DNA of 32,000 bases, taken from positions 300,001-332,000 of the forward strand of contig CP065016.1 in assembly GCA_016700375.1 (NCBI GenBank). Direction: 5' to 3'. The stretch comes from Candidatus Saccharimonadota bacterium (GTDB lineage: Bacteria; Patescibacteriota; Saccharimonadia; Saccharimonadales; UBA4665). Shown piece by piece: positions 1 to 6,568 of the stretch; the stretch's first letter is position 1; each line of letters opens with the position of its first letter. The notes beneath the pieces were generated by a model, which saw nothing but the letters and a program-made list of their open reading frames with translations, was not told the origin of the DNA and made no database searches. The position numbers and the translations under genes are program-made.

Positions 1-1
1 A

Positions 2-175
2 CTGGAAGCCAAGACACAAGGCCGCACTATTGTCCCGCTCGAAATCCTTACCGCTGGCCGCTACATCAAGCTCCGCATTGCCATCGGCAAAGGCAAGAAA
101 ACTTGGGACAAACGCCAAACCTTACGCAAGCGAGACGATGCCCGCGACTCCGAGCGTGCTATGAAAAATCATTAG
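2..175 (+). CDS. smpB: SsrA-binding protein SmpB, C-terminal 57 codons (5' end outside window)
   Basis: Frame 2 is open from the window edge to TAG at 173-175. It reads LEAKTQGRTIVPLEILTAGRYIKLRIAIGKGKKTWDKRQTLRKRDDARDSERAMKNH. The GKGKK-x-WDKR...K-RD basic tail is the characteristic SmpB C-terminus. Confidence 0.85.
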   Translation: MEAKTQGRTIVPLEILTAGRYIKLRIAIGKGKKTWDKRQTLRKRDDARDSERAMKNH

Positions 176-277
176 CACTGTTATAAGCACAACTTTTTTC
201 TGTGAGAAATCTTACAAAAAACATGAGCACTTTCTGAGATACTACTCTTGAAGACTATGTAAATGAGGGGTTATCTC

Positions 278-2719
278 ATGTGGAAACAAAGACTCATAAA
301 CCTAACGCTTGCTGTGGGTATCGCAGTAAGCGCACTTGCCGCAATACCAAGCTCTGTGTGGGCTGCGGCTGATACGTGTACCTGGTCTGGCGCTGTCAAC
401 GCAGACTGGAGCAACGGTGGTAACTGGTCAGGCTGTGATAACGGCAATGTTCCTGACGCCGGCGATACTCTAGAGTTCCCAGCTGGAACCGCCAACAAGG
501 CTATGAACAATGACATCGCCGGACTCTCTGTCGCAACGCTCAACTTTAGCGATAGCGGGTATTCGGTAACTGGTAATGACCTCACCATCACAAACGTCAC
601 AGCTATTTTGGCAACCCAATCAGTCTCTATTGATGTCAATGTCAGCTACACAGCCTTCAATGTCGTACTCATCGCGAGTACAGGCCGAACAATAACGCTC
701 AGCGGTACCAGTAACTTCTCGGCGGCTGGCGAGGTAAATGTCGGGCAGTCTGGCTATGACGGTACGGTCGATTTTACCGACAACATCACCGGTACAACGA
801 CTCAATTTGTTGCCGTTAATGACGCAACGGCAATCGTACGCGGCGCCACAAACACCTTTACGGCGGGTACCGTTGGAGCCGAATCAAATGCCTCATTTGA
901 ATGCCGCTCAGCCACCTGCTTTGGCAGTAACGCCAACGACATCTACATGGGCGGCGGAGTGGTTTCTATATATGTAAATGCCGCCTTTGCAAATGATTGG
1001 CAAACCAGCGTGACGACGCCAGACACCTCATGGCTTGCCGCATACGACAACATCACAATTACCGGAAACGGGGTTGTCAACGATAGTATTGGCATAAGTC
1101 AAGAAACTGCCAGCAGAAATCTGCAGTTTACCGGAACCATTACCAACAATAGCGGTATCTCTCTGTTTACAGTAGACGCTTCTGCGCAAATACGGGTCGA
1201 TGGCACGGTCAGCGGCAATGGCGGCTTTTCTATCGGCGGTGGTAGCTTCCGCCTAGCCGGGGCAAACACCTACGCGGGCACAAACACTGTCAACAGCGGC
1301 GCGCTTGTCATGGTAACTAACGAGCAAGGCTTGGGCAGCACCGCCGGCGACACGAATATCCTTTCAGGCGGAACGGTGCGCTTTGACTTTGCCGGTGCGT
1401 CAAGCGTCGCCGAGAATCTGTGGGTTGATGGCAGCGGTGTCGGTGGCAACGGTGTGCTTGTCCAGGCGGGCGAGTCAACCACGCTTTCGGGGGACATTGT
1501 ATTGTCGGGCAACTCAGTCTTTAGCGTCGATAGCAGTGCGCTGTTTTCAGCCTTCACCCTATCGGGAGTTATATCTGGCACTGGCAATATTACCCTTACC
1601 ACCAGCCCAACGACGGTCGTCGCCAATAGCTCCATCCAGTTTACTGGTGCCTCGGCCAACACCTACGCTGGCAAGCTAACTGTTCAAGGCGTGCGGTTTT
1701 ACCCCAGCAAAGCAGCAGATGTCGTTGCGGTTACCGGCGACATGGACGTGCTTGCGACAAGCACTAAGCCATCAACCGTTGAAACGTCTTTCGATGAATC
1801 GATTGCCGACACAAGCCATGTGCATCTTGTCAAAAACGGTAGCAACAAAGCCGCTCTGTATATCGGCACAACAGCAACTGAAACCATCGGCTATGTCACG
1901 GGTGATGGTGAATTGTCGGTCGGCGGCAATGGCGCAGCCATTGTTCTTGCTAGCAACGCCAACTACACATTTGGCGGGACTGTCTCGAAATTTAGCAACG
2001 TCCCCGCTGGCGATTCCTTTGTCGTCAAAAAAGGGACCGGTACAGCAATCCTGACTGGGGGTCTCGATACCAGCTATGTCCCTGGTGTTGCTCCAGTATT
2101 TGGCAGTCAAGAAGGCTCCCTCATCTTAAACGGTGCATTTTCAGAAGCAGGTACCTACGTTCTCAGTGGTTCAACCCTTAAGGGCACTGGGTCTGTTGGG
2201 GATGTCGAGGTAGATAGTGGCGGAACTGTAGCCATAGGCAACAGCCCTGGCTGTATGACGTTTGGCTCACTCTTGCTCAATACTGGCTCAACCTGGCAGC
2301 AAGAAATGACTGGTACAACGGCATGCAGCGGCTACGACCGCGCTACCGTAAACGGAGCAGTTGACCTGGGTGGCGCAACGCTGCAAGTTAGTCAGCTTGC
2401 TGGCTTTAGCCCTGTGCAAAACCTTGTCTTTACCATCATAGACGGTACGTCGCTTACGGGCACATTTGCTGGTTTGGCCAACGGGGCAGTGTTTACAGCC
2501 AGTGGCGTCAACTACCGCATAAACTACTATGCCAGCGGCGAAGTAACCCTTACGGTAGTTTCAACCGCTGCAACCGCAACAACACCTACCTCAACACTCG
2601 CGAACACTGGTTCGTCTACAGGGGTTATCACGGCACTAAGCTTGAGCATAATCGCCCTTGCTGCCGGTACATTCGTGTTCCGTCGTCAGGCTCTCGCGTT
2701 TATCCGTGGTAAAAAGTAG
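278..2719 (+). CDS. Sortase-anchored giant surface protein with autotransporter-associated (PATR-like) beta-strand repeats; putative adhesin
   Basis: ORF 263..2719. I prefer ATG 278 because GAGGGG (266-271) lies 7 nt upstream. It has a signal peptide (LINLTLAVGIAVSALAAIPSSVWA|AAD). The body is a G/T/N/S-rich repetitive beta sequence with motifs such as LAGANTYAGTNTVNSGAL and GASANTYAGKLTVQG. The C-terminus has LANTG, a hydrophobic span and RRQALAFIRGKK, which is an LPXTG-type sorting signal. Confidence 0.8.
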   Translation: MWKQRLINLTLAVGIAVSALAAIPSSVWAAADTCTWSGAVNADWSNGGNWSGCDNGNVPDAGDTLEFPAGTANKAMNNDIAGLSVATLNFSDSGYSVTGNDLTITNVTAILATQSVSIDVNVSYTAFNVVLIASTGRTITLSGTSNFSAAGEVNVGQSGYDGTVDFTDNITGTTTQFVAVNDATAIVRGATNTFTAGTVGAESNASFECRSATCFGSNANDIYMGGGVVSIYVNAAFANDWQTSVTTPDTSWLAAYDNITITGNGVVNDSIGISQETASRNLQFTGTITNNSGISLFTVDASAQIRVDGTVSGNGGFSIGGGSFRLAGANTYAGTNTVNSGALVMVTNEQGLGSTAGDTNILSGGTVRFDFAGASSVAENLWVDGSGVGGNGVLVQAGESTTLSGDIVLSGNSVFSVDSSALFSAFTLSGVISGTGNITLTTSPTTVVANSSIQFTGASANTYAGKLTVQGVRFYPSKAADVVAVTGDMDVLATSTKPSTVETSFDESIADTSHVHLVKNGSNKAALYIGTTATETIGYVTGDGELSVGGNGAAIVLASNANYTFGGTVSKFSNVPAGDSFVVKKGTGTAILTGGLDTSYVPGVAPVFGSQEGSLILNGAFSEAGTYVLSGSTLKGTGSVGDVEVDSGGTVAIGNSPGCMTFGSLLLNTGSTWQQEMTGTTACSGYDRATVNGAVDLGGATLQVSQLAGFSPVQNLVFTIIDGTSLTGTFAGLANGAVFTASGVNYRINYYASGEVTLTVVSTAATATTPTSTLANTGSSTGVITALSLSIIALAAGTFVFRRQALAFIRGKK

Positions 2720-2843
2720 TATTTGTGATAAATATCGCTGCATTGTGGATAAACTGTGAGTTTTGGCCTTTACACACGTAGTCGAACCCGGTATGATACT
2801 AGTTGTATCTCCCTTACGGGAGTAAGCACCTTATATCTACATC

Positions 2844-2914
2844 GCTCCGATATTGTTCCCTGGTTATGGTGCTACAAGCACCGGCGGGAAGGGTATCGGA
2901 GCACTTTGTTTTAT
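2844..2914 (+). terminator. Long hairpin plus U-tract; terminator of the surface-protein gene or 3' end of a small RNA
   Basis: GCTCCGATA (2844-2852) pairs with TATCGGAGC (2894-2902). Inner helices are TTCCC/GGGAA and GGTGC/GCACC. The hairpin is followed by CTTTGTTTTAT. Confidence 0.5.
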
Positions 2915-3053
2915 AAGGGGTTTTATGTACAATACATGGTAACCGTTTGAGGGCGAATGAAAACTGATTTGCAAGAAGTCACTTATCACCCGTCCTTAAG
3001 TATTAAGCGCAAAAATTTAGCTTACATAGTAAAGGACTGGACGTACATTACAC

Positions 3054-3098
3054 AATATATTCCGGGGTAGTCCGTCAGCTGACGGACGGGTGGCTGTA
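3054..3098 (+). repeat. Partial duplicate of the tRNA 5' half, with the D-arm replaced by the palindrome TCCGTCAGCTGACGGA
   Basis: AATATATTCCGGGGTAG (3054-3070) is identical to 3342-3358. CGGGTGGCTGTA (3087-3098) is identical to 3372-3383. The 13 nt CTCAGCGGTAGAG of the real D-arm are replaced by the 16-nt perfect palindrome at 3071-3086. Confidence 0.85.
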
Positions 3099-3109
3099 TA
3101 ATAAACTTC

Positions 3110-3358
3110 ATGCTTGAAGTTTATGTGCTTTACAATGCAGTTGCTAATAAGATATATATTGGTCAAACTAATAATCTGAAAGTGAGACTCGCTTCACATA
3201 ATAATAAAAGGGGCAACCACTTTACAGCGAAGTTTGAGGGTGATTGGGAGCTGATTTATTCTGAATCAGTCGCCACTCGCTCTGAAGCACTTCAGCGCGA
3301 AAGACAATTAAAATCGTCAAGGGGACGAGCGTTCGTTAAAAAATATATTCCGGGGTAG
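3110..3358 (+). CDS. Small stand-alone GIY-YIG nuclease domain protein (82 aa)
   Basis: The sequence MLEVYVLYN..NKIYIGQTNNLKVRLASHN...RSEALQRERQLK carries the GIY (VYVLY) and YIG (IYIGQT) motifs plus the conserved Arg and Glu of the GIY-YIG fold. Its stop codon TAG (3356-3358) lies inside the first 10 nt of the tRNA. Confidence 0.85.
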   Translation: MLEVYVLYNAVANKIYIGQTNNLKVRLASHNNKRGNHFTAKFEGDWELIYSESVATRSEALQRERQLKSSRGRAFVKKYIPG

Positions 3359-3679
3359 CTCAGCGGTAGAGCGGGTGGCTGTAAGTCGCCTTGAAGAGTT
3401 ACTTCATAAATAAATGCAGCCTACTTGGGCAATCAAGTAGTGAACATCGGGTGAATTGACGGGAAGCCTACATCGAAAGACAAGGTAATCCGCAGCCAAG
3501 CCTTGCTTAGGTTAAAAGAGCAGGGAAGGTTCAGAGACTAGAGAGTGAGCCTAACAATAATCTCTCGTAAGCGCCCGACAACCGTTATGCGACGGTTGAT
3601 AAGATAGTCCGCCCTTGCACGAAAGTACAAGATAAGCATAACCACTAGGTCGCTGGTTCGAATCCAGTCCCCGGAGCCA
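3349..3679 (+). tRNA. Intron-containing tRNA, body most like tRNA-Asn(GUU); CCA encoded
   Basis: Exon parts by hand: TCCGGGG TA GCTC AGCGGTA GAGC G GGTGG CTGT | intron | TAA CCACT AGGTC GCTGG TTCGAAT CCAGT CCCCGGA G CCA. All four stems pair. U1-A72, G73 and the overall sequence closely resemble bacterial tRNA-Asn as I remember it from E. coli and B. subtilis. The exact splice junction, and hence the anticodon, is not fully resolved (see findings). Confidence 0.8.
3383..3638 (+). ncRNA. Group I intron (~256 nt, no ORF) in the anticodon loop
   Basis: The four classical conserved elements are present in order. P: GAATTGACGGGAAGCC (~3453-3468). Q: AATCCGCAGCCAAGCC (~3487-3502). R: GTTCAGAGACTAGA (~3529-3542). 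S: AAGATAGTCCG (~3601-3611). A P9-like hairpin with a GAAA tetraloop lies at 3614-3631. The candidate P1 pairs exon GGCTGT with GCAGCC (3415-3420), with a U.G pair at the splice site. Confidence 0.85.
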
Positions 3680-3715
3680 AGAAAAGACGAGTCGTTTGGG
3701 CTCGTTTTTTCTTGG
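3677..3715. terminator. Bidirectional-looking rho-independent terminator after the tRNA
   Basis: CCAAGAAAAGACGAG (3677-3691) pairs with CTCGTTTTTTCTTGG (3701-3715) with one G.U position. T-runs are present on both strands. Confidence 0.6.
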
Positions 3716-3719
3716 CTCA

Positions 3720-3923
3720 GAGATTGGTTTGAAACTGCGACCAGCGAGCAAAGCGAGTGAGGTCGCTGGTTCGGTGAAGCGAAGCCACGCGCAGTCCATC
3801 TACTGACGGACGAGCATGGTTGAGGGGAGGAGTACAAAGTCCGCCATCCAGTCCTCGGCCCCAAAAACCAATCCCAGACGAACCCACCAGAGGGAACCAT
3901 ACCATCCCGGGTGAAATCACATT
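3720..3923 (-). ncRNA. Unclassified conserved non-coding element, copy A (candidate structured RNA; strand tentative)
   Basis: It aligns along its full length with 10133-10340. The end blocks are near-identical (GAGAYTGGTTTGAAAC ... CCAAAAACCAATCCCAGAYGAACCCACCAGAG ... TACCATCCCGGGTGAAATCACATT) and the centre is diverged. The conserved blocks fall in different reading frames in the two copies. A long-range helix GATTGGTTT (3722-3730) / AAACCAATC (3865-3873) and an internal TCCATC-TACT-GACGGA hairpin are present. Confidence 0.45.
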
Positions 3924-4013
3924 GTAGGCCCGATTATACAGTCAATTGTAAAATCGGCCTTATTACATCTCTTTAGGGTTAGACCTTGCTTCACCCTGCT
4001 TCACATTAAATCT

Positions 4014-5022
4014 GGCTAACTGAAAGATTTTAGGGTACTCTTTCACCGTTTTTCTGTCATGCTGATTGCATGAAAAAAGATGTTCTCATTGTCATAGCAT
4101 ACGGATTAATCATGTAGGGATGCAGTCTGGGCGTCCACGGTACCTTTGTCGGGATTGCCGCAAGAAGTTTCAAGATAAACGCAGACAGATACGTTCATCG
4201 GTTGCCTTCATGCATTGGGATAGCTATGTCTGGGGAAAGCAAACAGTCGAGCAGCTGGCCAAAGAGCTTCGTGTCAGTGTTCCGGCCATGCGAGCGAAGC
4301 TTGACGCCTACAACATCCCACAGACGCTCCCGTACCAGGAATTACTACCCACCTCAACTACACTCGCTATCGACGCCTACTTCCGTTCACGCGGTGACGG
4401 TACCCTTATCTTCCGCTCACCTGAGCTACGACGTAATCTTCTCTGGTACGATATTCGGTACGAAACTGTCGAGGAGTATCTACGAGGTATCCGTTTGATG
4501 CAAGAAGCGGGTTGGGTATTCACTGGCTTTGTGGTTGATGGTCGTAAAGGCGTTGTCAAAGCTCTTTCTAGCCTTGCTCCGGTGCAGTACTGCCAGTTCC
4601 ATCAGAAGAAGACTATTCGGAACTATCTGACAAAGCATCCCAAAACAGATGCCGCTAGAAAGCTCAAAGACATCGTCGATCTTTTGACGCTGACCGACGA
4701 AGCCTCGTTCCGGGCATGGCTTGGAGTGTGGCATCATACATGGGACACATTCCTGAAAGAGAAAACGATTCACCCCGATGGGAGTACCAGCTACACTCAC
4801 AGAAGACTTAGAGCAGCTTACCGCAGCCTCAAGACAAATCTACCGAATTTGTTTACCTGCCACACGGTCGATAACCCACCAAACACGACGAATACGTTAG
4901 ATGGTAGTATTAGTCATCTCAGAACAATGCACCGAGTCCATAGAGGCATAAAATTACGACGACGCCGTAAAGTAACAGATACGCTCCTTCGAGGAAAGTA
5001 CCCTAAAAAGTTTCAATGAGCC
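4014..5022 (+). mobile_element. Insertion sequence (~1.0 kb, single ORF; IS1/IS1595-like by architecture)
   Basis: The imperfect terminal IRs are GGCTAACTGAAAGATTTTAGGGTACT (4014-) and the reverse complement of AGTACCCTAAAAAGTTTCAATGAGCC (-5022), sharing a 12-nt perfect core TTTTAGGGTACT. A direct repeat TTAAATC(Y) lies immediately outside both ends (4006-4013 and 5023-5030). Confidence 0.8.
4066..5019 (+). CDS. Transposase with N-terminal InsA-like zinc ribbon and DDE-type core
   Basis: The N-terminal C-x2-C ... RYLCRDCRKKFQ resembles the IS1 InsA / IS1595 zinc finger. VVDGRKGVVKAL...YCQFHQKKTIRNYL resembles the D-x-G...C-x2-H block of Mutator/IS256-type cores. The start is TTG and the stop lies inside the right IR. 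Family assignment is tentative. Confidence 0.7.
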   Translation: MHEKRCSHCHSIRINHVGMQSGRPRYLCRDCRKKFQDKRRQIRSSVAFMHWDSYVWGKQTVEQLAKELRVSVPAMRAKLDAYNIPQTLPYQELLPTSTTLAIDAYFRSRGDGTLIFRSPELRRNLLWYDIRYETVEEYLRGIRLMQEAGWVFTGFVVDGRKGVVKALSSLAPVQYCQFHQKKTIRNYLTKHPKTDAARKLKDIVDLLTLTDEASFRAWLGVWHHTWDTFLKEKTIHPDGSTSYTHRRLRAAYRSLKTNLPNLFTCHTVDNPPNTTNTLDGSISHLRTMHRVHRGIKLRRRRKVTDTLLRGKYPKKFQ

Positions 5023-5262
5023 TTAAATCCTCAAAAATACGAAACCACCCGTCGATACTGACGAAATAATCACAACTATCTTACCCGTGATCAATAGCAA
5101 TAACTGAGAAAAAAATTGTGAGTGGATACTTTGTGATATTCTCATACAAAAAGTGAACAACGTACTTAAAAGCACCAGCTAATGCAATGCTTTAATCGTT
5201 CGTGCAATAGCAACATAAGTATAATGTTTGGTGAGTGGCGGCACGGCCGCTATAATTAGACT

Positions 5263-6303
5263 GTGAGCAATACTACATACACTACTATTGATCTGTTTGC
5301 GGGGATAGGCGGTATCCGCAAAGGGTTCGAAGCAACTGGCAGATTTAGGACAATTTATGCCAATGATTTTGATAAGCACTGCAAGTTGACCTATGACGCC
5401 AATTTCAAAAACACACCCCTTACTGTCAAAGACATTCACGAAGTCGGACTAGTTAAGGACGGCGTTGAGTCGTTTGATTTTCTATTAGGCGGGTTTCCAT
5501 GCCAGGCATTTTCTGTTGCAGGCCACAAGCAGGGGCTTGACGATCACAAGGGACGAGGTATTCTCTTCGAAGAAATCGAACGCTTACTTAAAGAGGCAGC
5601 CGACACGCAGACCATACCTCCTCAGGGTTTCATGTTAGAAAATGTTAAGAATCTCCTTAATCATGACAATAAACGAACCTACCCTATTATTAAGCAAAGG
5701 CTCGAAGCGCTTGGTTATCACCTGGATGAAAGAGTTTACAACAGTCTAGATTTTGGTGTGCCACAAAACCGTGAAAGGGTGTACATTGTGGGCTTTCGTT
5801 CGCCTGAAGTCATGGCAGCATTCAAATGGCCTGAGATACCTGGTCGCGGTAATCTGCAAGTACAAGATTTGCTGGATTCAGAAGTTGACCCCGTTCATTA
5901 CTATGAGGGTAAGCCGCTTTATGATCGCATCAAGGATTATGTTACTTCTGACTCAACCGTTTATCAGTACCGCAGGAATTATGTACGCGAGAATGCCAAA
6001 GGAGTATCACCAACACTAATGGCGAATATGGGCATGGGTGGCCATAACGTGCCAATCATAAAAGATGCGTATGGCATACGTCGGCTCACTCCTTCTGAAT
6101 GCGGTCGTTTGCAGGGATACAATAATTTAGTAATACCTGCCGGGCTTTCATATCATCAAATCTATCGACAGATCGGCAACTCAGTTACCGTACCAGTGAT
6201 TAACGCTGTAGCTGAGGCAATGCTACAGGCACTCGATTCTGTAAAGAATAAAAAAATGTCTATACCCGAGATCACTAAGAGAGAGCTAGTATCCATTAAA
6301 TAA
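5263..6303 (+). CDS. DNA (cytosine-5) methyltransferase
   Basis: All canonical C5-MTase motifs are present: I IDLFAGIGG, IV GGFPCQAFS, VI ENVKNL, VIII QNRERVYIVG, X GNSVTVPV. The start is GTG, directly after a TATAAT-like box (5251-5256). Confidence 0.92.
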   Translation: MSNTTYTTIDLFAGIGGIRKGFEATGRFRTIYANDFDKHCKLTYDANFKNTPLTVKDIHEVGLVKDGVESFDFLLGGFPCQAFSVAGHKQGLDDHKGRGILFEEIERLLKEAADTQTIPPQGFMLENVKNLLNHDNKRTYPIIKQRLEALGYHLDERVYNSLDFGVPQNRERVYIVGFRSPEVMAAFKWPEIPGRGNLQVQDLLDSEVDPVHYYEGKPLYDRIKDYVTSDSTVYQYRRNYVRENAKGVSPTLMANMGMGGHNVPIIKDAYGIRRLTPSECGRLQGYNNLVIPAGLSYHQIYRQIGNSVTVPVINAVAEAMLQALDSVKNKKMSIPEITKRELVSIK

Positions 6304-6346
6304 TTATTTTCTTGACTACATTTCCGCTATATAGTAGCCTGGAATT

Positions 6347-6568
6347 ATGCAGGAAGATAAGCATGGCAAATTTAAGCGACTCGCAAAGCAGCGCGGAGAA
6401 CGTATACTAAAAGACTTACAATTATTGGGCAACTTATCCAACACGAATAATTACACCTACACTGAAGCGGACGTCAAAAAAATATTTGCCACCCTTGAAC
6501 AAGAGCTTAGGTTTTCTCGTTCACGTTTTCAAAAAACCATAAGCCGAAATAGGGGGATCGATATATGA
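6347..6568 (+). CDS. Small basic, probably helical protein (73 aa), no recognisable domain; first gene of a translationally coupled four-gene unit
   Basis: The ORF begins with ATG. Its stop overlaps the next start (ATGA at 6565-6568). I recognise no motif. Confidence 0.55.
   Translation: MQEDKHGKFKRLAKQRGERILKDLQLLGNLSNTNNYTYTEADVKKIFATLEQELRFSRSRFQKTISRNRGIDI

Noticed and set aside
271-2110. Multiple 60-130-aa ORFs on both strands inside the 818-aa surface-protein gene (e.g. 271..639 -, 1270..1662 -, 1719..2054 +)
   Set aside because: They lie wholly within a long ORF that has a clear signal peptide, repeats and a sorting signal. Their sequences are low-complexity and Pro/Ser/Ala/Arg-rich, as expected from alternative frames of a GC-rich repetitive gene.
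176-3060. Search for tmRNA (ssrA) next to smpB
   Set aside because: I found no GGGG...acceptor/T-arm...CCA framing and no tag-reading-frame-like segment ending in a hydrophobic Ala-rich tail in 176-262 or 2720-3060. The gene is presumably elsewhere.
3374-3390. Apparent intact anticodon arm GGTGG-CTGTAAG-TCGCC (anticodon GTA, Tyr) formed by the exon and the first intron nucleotides
   Set aside because: The tRNA has a 5-nt variable loop and a class I D-arm, whereas bacterial tRNA-Tyr is class II with A73. The rest of the molecule only completes with CCACT at 3642-3646. The pairing may matter for the precursor fold but does not define the identity.
3379-3641. Reading the tRNA as a CAU-anticodon (Met/Ile2) species, with the intron at 3381-3636 ending in G
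   Set aside because: It satisfies the terminal-G rule. However, I find no P1 with a U.G pair for exon ...GGCU, and U1-A72/G73 and the exon sequence look like tRNA-Asn rather than Met/Ile2. I keep it as the alternative in the finding rather than the call.
3647-3773. 14-nt identity AGGTCGCTGGTTCG between the tRNA 3' part (3647-3660) and element A (3760-3773), considered as an attL/attR-type duplication of an integrative element
   Set aside because: The match does not include the tRNA 3' end and is not at an island boundary. It is only partly present in copy B (AGTTGCTGGCTCG), and it forms one strand of an internal stem of the element. No integrase gene is present.
3538-3920. Minus-strand ORFs 3538..3900, 3551..3799 and 3717..3920
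   Set aside because: They overlie the group I intron core, the tRNA 3' exon, the terminator and non-coding element A. The homologous ORF at copy B shares only ~20 N-terminal residues, because conserved nucleotide blocks change frame.
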